From: Octopus bimaculoides
Lineage: Eukaryota
Assembly: GCF_001194135.2 (NCBI RefSeq)
Contig: NC_068991.1
Coordinates: 59,612,566-59,654,414 of the forward strand
Direction: 5' to 3'
Length of the DNA stretch: 41,849 bases
Part shown: piece by piece, positions 32,347 through 41,849 of the stretch
Layout: every line of letters begins with the position of its first letter
Position numbering within the stretch: position 1 is the stretch's first letter
The notes under the pieces: generated by a model
What the model saw: the letters and a program-made list of their open reading frames with translations, nothing else
Database searches by the model: none
What the model was told of the DNA's origin: nothing
Made by a program: the position numbers and the translations under genes

Positions 32347-32873
32347 NNNNNNNNNNNNNNNNNNNNNNNNNNNNNNNNNNNNNNNNNNNNNNNNNNNNNN
32401 NNNNNNNNNNNNNNNNNNNNNNNNNNNNNNNNNNNNNNNNNNNNNNNNNNNNNNNNNNNNNNNNNNNNNNNNNNNNNNNNNNNNNNNNNNNNNNNNNNNN
32501 NNNNNNNNNNNNNNNNNNNNNNNNNNNNNNNNNNNNNNNNNNNNNNNNNNNNNNNNNNNNNNNNNNNNNNNNNNNNNNNNNNNNNNNNNNNNNNNNNNNN
32601 NNNNNNNNNNNNNNNNNNNNNNNATTATTTTGCTTAAAAGAGTTCCAACACTGTCTGTTTTTTATGTTTTATTTATATTCCTGCAGAACTAATGTGGGGT
32701 ATAGAATATGGAATATACAATATATAATATGATATACAATATACAATATAAAATAAAATAAAATAAAAATGGATGGCACCATGAAAGAAAGTATTGAATG
32801 TAAATGAAATATTGAGTGTTCAATATAAAGGATCAAATATATAAATATATAAATATAAATATATATATATAAA

Positions 32874-32949
32874 GGCGACTCGAGTTTCAGGGCTATTTCA
32901 GGGCTATATATATATATATATATATATATAGCCCTGAAATAGCCCTGAA
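32874..32949 (-). repeat. 64-bp perfect palindrome (32886-32949) fused to a hammerhead 3' half
   Basis: TTCAGGGCTATTTCAGGGCTA-(TA)n-TAGCCCTGAAATAGCCCTGAA. The minus strand continues GAAA-CTCGAG-TC-GCC. Confidence 0.8.
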
Positions 32950-32999
32950 GCATATATATATTATTGATATTAACGTATGTTCAGACTCGAATACCTAAA

Positions 33000-34210
33000 C
33001 TCTTCTTCGCTTTACTTGAAAAACATTTCCCTAAATCTAGCCCCCCTTAGAAAAATATTTAACCCCAATCTATAAAACTGTCCACTACCACCACCACCAC
33101 CATTCAGTAGAGCTGTTTCGACCAAAACAGCCCTATTGAATACTTCTGGTCAAATGACTGTACTTAAATTCCTCATTCTCTCTTGTTTTCTTCATGCACA
33201 TTCCGCCCCCTACCTTGATCAAAAGTATTTTCTCACCCTCTTCCCTCCACATTATCTTTTTTTCAAATACCACTCCCCTTGCCAGTTTCTGTGATTCGGT
33301 CAAAACAGCCCTATTGATTACTACCGGTCAAATGACCTTGCTTAAATTCCTCATTCTTCTCACTCATATTATTTCTTTTTTCCTTCTTTTAGTTCTTATT
33401 CCTCTCCATATTCATATTCTCCTCAAAGGGATCTTGCTTAAATTCCTCATTTCTCTCACTCTTATTTTATACCTCTCCTACTGAGCTCTCGACACGATCT
33501 GATTAAATCTTCCAATGTGTTAACATGTACCTCCTTGCGACAATATAAACTTTCATTTAATCAAGATATCCTTGGCCTGAAGAGTAAGTTGCCTGTGGTA
33601 TATATCTCGCTTAGATATTTACCACTTCTGAGGTTCCATTCGCTATGAAACATGTAGCCAGGATCTCATCTGCTCCATTCCTTAACTCTTGTATTCTTAT
33701 TCGCACACCCAGCAACCCTGGTCGCCTACCATGACAACAAATAACAACAACCCCACCCCGCTTTTCCCCCTAACCTTCATAAATTTTCCCTCTTATCTAC
33801 AGTCACTACCATTGTATACTAAACCGACAATATATCTTCCTTTTAATTCCTTATTGCCATTTACATACTTCTCTCTGTATTTTTCCCTACCATAATTTTT
33901 TTTTTCCTCTTATTTCACTTGCCTCCCCTCTCCTATCCTCCTCCCTTCGTAAACTTATAAGTAGATACACCAACATACACTTCTACCACCTCATACTGTA
34001 AACACGTTCACTGTACACAATATACATTCCTCAATTGAAAACCAGAAGTGTAAAAAGAACTTTTTTCAGTTTATTATGCTTCCATATGAAGAAATTTCAC
34101 AATCTTCCGTCACAATAAACCACTATTGTCCCTGAATTTTTTTTTTTTTTATATTTACTACGGATTGCTTGAAGCTAACTTTCTTCCTACACCTCAATCC
34201 CTGGATCTTA
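33000..34210 (+). mobile_element. Pyrimidine-rich Penelope-type terminal region with internal ~65-bp direct repeats
   Basis: CAAAACAGCCCTATTGA...GGTCAAATGAC...CTTAAATTCCTCATT at ~33122 and ~33301; hammerhead at 33571. Boundaries are uncertain. Confidence 0.4.
33571..33662 (+). ncRNA. Type I hammerhead ribozyme motif with intact core boxes and long stem II
   Basis: CTTGGC-CTGAAGA-G...GTGGTA-T-ATATCT cgctt AGATAT-T-TACCAC...T-GAAA-CATG-TA-GCCAGG. 6-bp stem I, ACATGT palindrome, GUA triplet. Confidence 0.75.
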
Positions 34211-34885
34211 TATATAGATAAATATATATGTATATATATATATGTGCCCTTTTAAAGCCTAGCCAGGCTCATGGGCCCGGTTTCTATGGCATATGTGTCC
34301 CCCCACACACACACACCAACTGGACGGGACGCCAGTCCATCGCAGCGTTACTCAATAAACAGGAAGAAAGATTGAGAGAAAGTTGGGGCGAAAGAGTATA
34401 AGAGGGGTCGCCACCACCACTGCCAGGGCCTCGTGGAGTTTTTAGGTGTTTTCGCTCAATAANNNNNNNNNNNNNNNNNNNNNNNNNNNNNNNNNNNNNN
34501 NNNNNNNNNNNNNNNNNNNNNNNNNNNNNNNNNNNNNNNNNNNNNNNNNNNNNNNNNNNNNNNNNNNNNNNNNNNNNNNNNNNNNNNNNNNNNNNNNNNN
34601 NNNNNNNNNNNNNNNNNNNNNNNNNNNNNNNNNNNNNNNNNNNNNNNNNNNNNNNNNNNNNNNNNNNNNNNNNNNNNNNNNNNNNNNNNNNNNNNNNNNN
34701 NNNNNNNNNNNNNNNNNNNNNNNNNNNNNNNNNNNNNNNNNNNNNNNNNNNNNNNNNNNNNNNNNNNNNNNNNNNNNNNNNNNNNNNNNNNNNNNNNNNN
34801 NNNNNNNNNNNNNNNNNNNNNNNNNNNNNNNNNNNNNNNNNNNNNNNNNNNNNNNNNNNNNNNNNNNNNNNNNNNNNNNNNNNNN

Positions 34886-34922
<37 letters not shown>

Positions 34923-35064
34923 ATATATGGGTGCAGGACATCACCAGTAGTAAACAAAAGGAAATACGAAAACAAATGAGTTCAATACGCAAACAACGAG
35001 AGAAACAAATGGAAACAGGACAAGTGACATAAAAACGACCCTTCATCAGTTGTCGGCTGTCTAT

Positions 35065-35200
35065 CTAAGCTTAAGTTCTTCATGCTGGGTACGTGCTCTC
35101 TCAAAAGTGTCGATCCCCTCCTTAACCTACTTCCTCCATCTGTGGCGATGACAGGCATTGTCTCCCAGTCAATGTCCTGCATATCACAGGCCTTTAATGA
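35065..35200 (-). mobile_element. RTE-clade LINE C-terminal fragment
   Basis: VKSSLKACDMQDIDWET / ACHRHRWRK*VKEGIDTFERAR, with a frameshift. Confidence 0.7.
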
Positions 35201-35544
35201 GGACTTGACATATATATATATATATAACACACATATGCATAACTACTTGATAGAAAGCTTGAAGACAGCATTAACAGAAACCTTAGTAGACGGCCAACAG
35301 AGATGATGAACAGCAGCTGACCCGAGCTGACAACAACCACAATGAACGATCGATGACAGCTGCACAATGACTAACAGGTAGCTATTTGACTGCTACTACA
35401 ATTACACCAAAAACAATAACGTTCAAGTTCTCTCAACACTTTGTCGTTTGTAGTAACAACGAACTTTGCTTTTTATTAACTGGATGAATAAGCTCATATT
35501 TATCAACAATCTCAACAGATTCAGTGTTCTTCTTCGTACTTATA

Positions 35545-36400
35545 CAGGGTGCGGTGAGTTAACTGTCGTCTAAATTACACAAAAATGAAAATAACACTGA
35601 CATCTCATTTTAACAAATATATCTACCAAATTTACATAAAAATACCTTGAAATACTAAAAAGGAAATATATTCAATAAACTTGCAATTTGCTTCAACCAC
35701 GGCCTCCAGACGACTTCGGAATCTCCTGCAGCTCTTCTGGACGGTCTCCTTGTTTAGCTTGATGAACGTTGCAATAATCCTTGCCTTCAGTTCATCTATA
35801 GCGTTACAAGGAGTTTTATTGGTCTCTCATTCAACTGCGCCCCACACAAATTAAGCAAGAGGGTTGCAGTCTGGGGAGTTAGGTGGCCAGAAGTTAGGGG
35901 TGATGTGGTCGCAAAAATTGTCTGACAGCCATGATTGGGTTCTCCTTGCGTGGTACGGTGAGAGTCCTGTTGCCAGACATAGAGTGTTCCAGCAGCCTGG
36001 CTCTTGACCCAGGGCAGCACTACCTCCTCCGTGTTGAGTCTGAGGCCGAGTGGGAAAATAAATGAAGGCATAACGACGCCATCACTAGTGATCACACCAA
36101 ACACCATGATGTTAACTGGATGTTTGATTTTTATCACTCTCGGTACATGTTCTCAGATTGCACTGTCCTCAGGTTGACACACAAATACTCTGAAATGTTC
36201 ATATTGGAGCTTCCAGCGCGAGTGCCAGGCAGTACAGCATGTCGTTTCCAAAATTCTGGCAGAGTGAATGACGTCATGGTACTGTTTTTCTCAAAGACAA
36301 TGCTCAACTGACCCTACTATACTGTGTAGTTGACAAAATCAAAAACAATGTGCAAGCAAGAAATTAAAAATATAAAATGGCTTGAATTTACCCATCGCCC

Positions 36401-36404
<4 letters not shown>
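35545..36404 (-). mobile_element. Tc1/mariner DD37D (maT-like) element, internally deleted, both TIRs present
   Basis: TA-CAGGGTGCGGTGAGTTAACTG at the left end and the degenerate TIR ...CCATCGCCCCCTG at 36404. KHPVNIMVFGVITSDG, YVWQQDS, WPPNSPDCNPL(A)*; spacing is 37 aa after repairing a frameshift, and the third D is mutated. Confidence 0.88.
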
Positions 36405-36481
<77 letters not shown>

Positions 36482-36487
36482 GTGTGT
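36405..36487. repeat. (TG)n microsatellite
   Basis: Directly visible, at the transposon end. Confidence 0.95.
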
Positions 36488-36489
36488 TC

Positions 36490-36788
36490 GTATGCACGAT
36501 GGACTCTCCCGTCGAAGACGACGTGTGAGCGATCAGCCTTTTGCCGAATGACCTGCACAAATAATTTGTTTATAGTGATCAATTGTTCGTGCTGCACATT
36601 AACTCGCTCTCACCATCAAATCGACGATGTCTGAACAGGTGCAATGTGTACCACGCGTCAGGTGTCGAAGTGACTGCAGAGCAACGTGAGATAAAGTGTT
36701 TTACTCAAGAACACAAAGCACCAACTACCCGGTCTAGGAATAGAAATCATGAGTGCAACGCCCTAAACACTAGGTCATGCGCCCTCAC
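36490..36788 (-). mobile_element. SINE family C, near full length
   Basis: GCAACGTGAGATAAAGTGTTTTACTCAAGAACAC...CCCTAAACACTAGGTCATGCGCCCTCAC on the plus strand. Confidence 0.7.
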
Positions 36789-36790
36789 AT

Positions 36791-36870
<80 letters not shown>

Positions 36871-36875
36871 GATAG
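36791..36875. repeat. (GACA)n/(GATA)n microsatellite
   Basis: Directly visible. Confidence 0.95.
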
Positions 36876-37213
36876 ATTCTACGATGAGGCGTCTACCATT
36901 CCGCAAAATACAGTGTATATGAATATGTATATGTATATATATCCCTCTGTCCTGGCCTCTACTTCACTGCTATACCCTTCTGTCCCTTCCTCCTTGTTCC
37001 ACTTCCTCCCTCCACCATCCTCTCTGCTCTCGTGTGACCTGTGGTCAACTTTCTTTTCACTCCAGCCGCTGTGAAGGCAAGACGAACTACTAGCGTTCTA
37101 CCTCAGATTTGCGTTTGGCCGTACGGCTTTTGAATGTTGTTTTCACTGTCCAATTTTTCCTGTCTTGGTTTGTGTTTGCCACCTTGGAATCCTCTGTGTA
37201 GTGGGTTGATCCA

Positions 37214-37269
37214 CTACTCAGGAAGAGACTATTCTAGAGTACGTTCTGTCTTATCTTCGAAACGTCTAG
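37214..37269 (+). ncRNA. Degenerate minimal hammerhead motif (G5-to-C)
   Basis: CTA-CTCAGGA-AGAGAC...GTCTTATCTTC-GAAA-CG-TC-TAG. Confidence 0.45.
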
Positions 37270-37849
37270 ATAGAATAGAGACAGCTGATNNNNNNNNNNN
37301 NNNNNNNNNNNNNNNNNNNNNNNNNNNNNNNNNNNNNNNNNNNNNNNNNNNNNNNNNNNNNNNNNNNNNNNNNNNNNNNNNNNNNNNNNNNNNNNNNNNN
37401 NNNNNNNNNNNNNNNNNNNNNNNNNNNNNNNNNNNNNNNNNNNNNNNNNNNNNNNNNNNNNNNNNNNNNNNNNNNNNNNNTATATATATATACAGCACAG
37501 AATTTTGTCAGTGAACAGGTCGCGGTCTCAAAGCGACGAAAATATTTTGACAAATTAAATTTAAATGTTGAAGTGAATCTGACGGCTCTTGTGTGTTATT
37601 TTAAATGGTTTATAAACACCTTCCACGCTGCAATTGTTTTCGTTCCAGCACACGATCTCAGATCAGGTCACTTGCTATGCAAGTACATCTCCGTAATATA
37701 TATATATATATACATACACGTGTATGTGTGTGTGTGTCTATGTATGTATGTCTTTGTATATGTACATGTATATATGTATTTATGTATATATACTACCTAT
37801 TTTTGAAATGTAATTCTAGTTGAAGTGTGTTTTTTTTTTCACTTTCCAG

Positions 37850-37992
37850 TGCACCTTCACGTTAAATGCCTATCATCTAACAAAACTGACGGGAAAACTC
37901 GAGGAATGCTCATTGGAGATTATCAGGAAGTGGCCGAGTTATTTAATACCGAGTGTTATTATAGAACTCAACACTATGCTTTTTCCCTTTAA
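37850..37992 (+). CDS. Candidate terminal coding exon of an unidentified gene
   Basis: Strong acceptor TTTTTTTTTTCACTTTCCAG| followed by an open phase-1 frame HLHVKCLSSNKTDGKTRGMLIGDYQEVAELFNTECYYRTQHYAFSL*. No homology recognised. Confidence 0.3.
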
Positions 37993-38279
37993 CTGTGCAG
38001 CGACTATTCATGCCAAACCTTCTGGTGATTATATCACACACATCACTGCGTCTGGTACGATTCCCGCCAACTATCCCGTGCGTACAACCAGCCCACCAAA
38101 CAATACTTGGTTGTGTAGACGAGGTTTAACAAACATCAATCATTTATCGGTTGTTGACAATTTGATAAAAATCTGTAAAAAAATATCCTTAATATAACAC
38201 TCCTTTTCTATGCATGTAACGGGCTACAGTGTTTATATACCTTTTCGCTTGATTTCATCTATATCTTTTACTTTTTATC

Positions 38280-38475
38280 TCCTACTTGTTTCAGTCGTTA
38301 AACTGCGACCATGCTGGGGCATCAACTTGAAGAATTTTTAGTCGAACGAAATGAATCGGCTCCAGCACTTTTTTTTTTTTAAGCTTGGTGCTTATTCTGC
38401 CGGTATCTTTTGCCGAACCGCTAATTAACAGGGACGTAAGCAAATCAACAAGACCCAAAGTGGCAGGTAACGGGA
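38280..38475 (-). mobile_element. SINE family A, 3' half
   Basis: TTGTTTCAGTCG...CCATGCTGGGGCATC...TTTTGCCGAACCGCTAA on the plus strand. Confidence 0.8.
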
Positions 38476-38489
38476 ATGCGTGTGTATGC

Positions 38490-38580
<91 letters not shown>

Positions 38581-38686
38581 TGCATGCGTATGTATGTATA
38601 TGTATATATGTGTATATGTATGTGTACATATATGCATGCATGTGTACGGGTTTAAATACACAAGTACGCAGGCCTATGTAATAGTT

Positions 38687-38919
38687 ATTTCTTTATTGCC
38701 CACAAGGGGCTAAACATAGAGGGGGACAAACAAGGACAGACAAAGGGGTTAAGTTGATTACATCGACTCCAGTGCGTAACTGGTACTTAATTTATCGACC
38801 CCGAAAGGATGAAAGGCAAAGTCGACCTCGGCGGAATTTGAACTCAGAATGTAACGGCAGACGAAATACTGCTAAGCATTTCGCCCGGCATACTAACGAT
38901 TCTGCCAGCTCACCACCTT
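38687..38919 (-). mobile_element. SINE family B variant with an alternative 3' tail
   Basis: Well-preserved B head and core. The tail is TTTGTCTGTCCTTGTTTGTCCCCCTCTATGTTTAGCCCCTTGTGGGCAATAAAGAAAT instead of the ...GTGCC..GTAGAAAGG tail of other copies. Confidence 0.9.
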
Positions 38920-39019
38920 CTATAACAGGCCTATATAATAGTGCATGCATATTATATAATAGGTCTATATAATAGTGCATGCACACACACACATATATGT
39001 ACGTGTGCGCGCGTGCATA

Positions 39020-39892
39020 TATCGATATACACTTCTCTCTTTATTTCTTTCTCTCTGATTCCTCAACCTACACTATCACATTAGCCAGTAGAATAAACAC
39101 ATGAGTCTATTTATAGAAACTTGACCATTCTTAGTATTCTTCCATTCTGTTTTGAGGTTTACTACTCACTTTAGAAAAACCCCTCCTATACTTTTTTCTG
39201 TACCCATCCCTTAACATATCACCCCACCGCACACACCGCACTCATATTTATTACTTACATTCTTATCTCTTCCTACCCCTCTCCGACTCCTCTTCCATCC
39301 CCCTCATAATATCTTGACCACCAACTAACACTCCTCTTTTCACTTTTTTAACTTGCTTTCACTCTTTTTTTCTCATTCTCTCTTCTTGTTTTCATTTTCT
39401 CTTCCTCTTCTTTCCCTTCTTTTCTCACCTTTTCCTTTGACCTCTCACCTCATTTTAACAAACACATCTCTCCTTCCTTCTCTATCTACTTAATACTACC
39501 CCTACATTTTCAAATTTTCATTCACACCACATAACCCCTTTGAATGAACAGCACATGGAATCTACGTCTCCACACTTTCCATTTGTAAGACAAAGTATGA
39601 TCTCTATTGGAATTTACATACCACGGCCAAGAAGCATTTCTACTTTGGATAATGGAACTCCAACTATAACATCTTTATATACTTTTATTTTATTTCTACA
39701 TTAGTTCTCCTATTTCCCTATATACTCCTTATTTCCTTCCTTTTCAAAAAAACTCCTTATATTGAATTCTAATATTTCCTTCTATTTAATCATCTCACAT
39801 CGTCTCTGATGAAGGGATATCCCTAATATCCCAGAAACAGCTGTAAGACTAACTTTCTCTTTATAAATTCCTGAAAATTCCACACAACCTTA
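39020..39892 (+). mobile_element. Pyrimidine-rich Penelope-type terminal region abutting and truncating the RLE LINE
   Basis: Contains the hammerhead at 39802. LINE coding sequence stops abruptly at ~39893. The left boundary is uncertain. Confidence 0.5.
39802..39849 (+). ncRNA. Type I hammerhead ribozyme motif with palindromic stem III
   Basis: GTCT-CTGATGA-A-GGGATAT cccta ATATCCC-A-GAAA-CAGCTG-TA-AGAC. Confidence 0.85.
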
Positions 39893-41103
39893 GTAGCAAT
39901 CAGCACTTTTTGCTATCATTCCTAGGGCATCTATGACAACAGGTACTGTTTTAGTTTTGAGGTTCCACATTTTGCCAATTTCTATTTCAAGATCTTTATA
40001 CTTGCTCAGTTTTTGGTAGGTCTTGACAGATACATTTATATCGACTGGGACAGTCATATCAATGAGGAGGCATGATTTTTATCTGAAGTTTTTCAGTATA
40101 ATGTCAGGTCTATTCGCATCTGTCTTTCTGTCAGTTTGAATGGTGAAGTTCCAGAGGAGTGAGATGTGATCATTTTCAAGCACTGGAGGTGGTTTTTGTT
40201 CCCACCAATTTTTATCATGGGGCAGGTCCAGGTTTTTGCAAATTACCCAGTGAATATAATGTGCTGCTCTATCATGCCTGTTGAGATACTCTGTAGGCGC
40301 AAGAAGACTGCACATGGAGACAACATGTTGGGCAGCTGCCGTTCTTTAATATGTTGGCCTGGTAGTTTCTTGTAGGTAGGCATTGATCTTGGGCTGCTAT
40401 GATAAACCACTCTGTTTCTGATTTTAAGCCAGAAGCCACTAACCATTGATGGGTAAGGGCTTTGTCAACATCGGCATTATCAGCTCTCTGGATATTTGCC
40501 ATTGAGAGGTTTTTCTTGTCATTTATCAGCAAGAATATCTTCGGGAGCAGTTTTTGCATGGATTTTCATACGCTTGGCGTTTTCTGTGCTTGTTTCTAAT
40601 ACGTCTAATTCTAGAATTTGCTGTATTTGGAATTCACTTAGCTATTCCTTTGCCTGTTTTGTTACTGAGTATGATACCTCCTTGTTTTCATGTTTTGAGA
40701 CAAGTTCTAACATCAAGTCCTCAGAGTTTTTCGGGTAGTTGTCTAGGCCAATTGTGACAATCTTCATTGTTAATTCCAGTTGTAAAAGTTCACGGCTTCC
40801 TTTCTTGGCAGATGAAGTCGTTCTATATCTGCCTTAAGGTGATGCATTCCATGCATTGTCAACAATTTTCGTATTTTTCTGTCTAGATTACATATTTCAG
40901 TAATTGAACAGTTAATGATATTGAAACTGTAAGTCACGGCTGGTATGGTTAAAGTATTAATCTCTTCGATCCTGATTATTGCATTCAGCTCTGCCTTGAG
41001 TATTGTCCTTACCCTGCGATAACATTCTCTTCTGATCCTTTCCCTTATCACTGAATGTTTGATTCCATCCCCTTCAAATACCCCTAGGTATTTGTAGCTC
41101 TCA
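39893..41103 (-). mobile_element. RLE-type (R4/Dong-like) LINE fragment: RT domain 7 to restriction-like endonuclease
   Basis: SYKYLG, IPAVTYSF, GLKSETEWFIIAAQDQCLPTRNY, partly deleted CCHC finger (CPTC...CSLLAPTEYLNRHD), ANRPDIILK...CLLIDMTVP, VPVVIDALG. Several stops and frameshifts. Confidence 0.93.
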
Positions 41104-41274
41104 GTGTTCCTTTCTGCTGTTGAGAGTGTACAAACATTTCCCGGTACTGTACTGTGTTACATTTTTTTCTCTTGAGTGGTGGTACAGTCATTTGTTGTGT
41201 TACTGCTTGTGTTCTGTGTTGAGGCTGTAATGCATCGGTTTACTGACTTGCTGGAGGAAGTTTATTTCACTGAA

Positions 41275-41770
<496 letters not shown>

Positions 41771-41849
41771 ATGTTTGACTTTTGTTTTGCATTTGTACAA
41801 GTTGGATCCAAGTCTCACCCAGAGACCTCAAGAGACAACAAGTTAGAAG

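Noticed and set aside
35035-35055. CTGATGAAGGG on the minus strand
   Set aside because: No downstream GAAA or stem III; at most half a motif.
38669-38941. CAGGCCTAT(G/A)TAATAG on both sides of the SINE-B variant as a TSD
   Set aside because: The right copy is offset from the SINE head by ~6 nt and is part of a local tandem duplication (38926-38985), so it is ambiguous.

Overview
AT-rich, repeat-saturated eukaryotic draft-assembly DNA with 12 N-gaps (~6.4 kb). The repeat families and the (TA)n/(TG)n/(CATA)n/(AAT)n load suggest an octopod cephalopod genome; this is inference and no search was run. I find no intact protein-coding gene, and almost all ORF-track entries are microsatellite or N artefacts. 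Contents: (1) many tRNA-headed SINE copies in three families, here labelled A, B and C; (2) decayed non-LTR retrotransposons: two RLE-type LINEs, three RTE fragments, a Penelope GIY-YIG relic and several Penelope-type terminal-repeat remnants; (3) decayed DNA transposons: Tc1/mariner DD37D and DD41D, hAT-Charlie and TTAA-flanked MITEs; (4) a full-length but degenerate 5S rRNA copy. Two things stand out. First, a 1.73-kb retroelement with only a LINE ORF1/gag-like frame and no endonuclease or RT. It is bracketed by a perfect 13-bp direct repeat, sits in the 5' end of a diverged paralogue, and shares its 3' ~60 nt with a SINE-B variant. Second, about eleven type I hammerhead-ribozyme motifs or relics, most with palindromic stem III, four of which keep the catalytic core. 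SINE and fragment boundaries are approximate (about +/-10-30 nt) unless a TSD or TIR is quoted.
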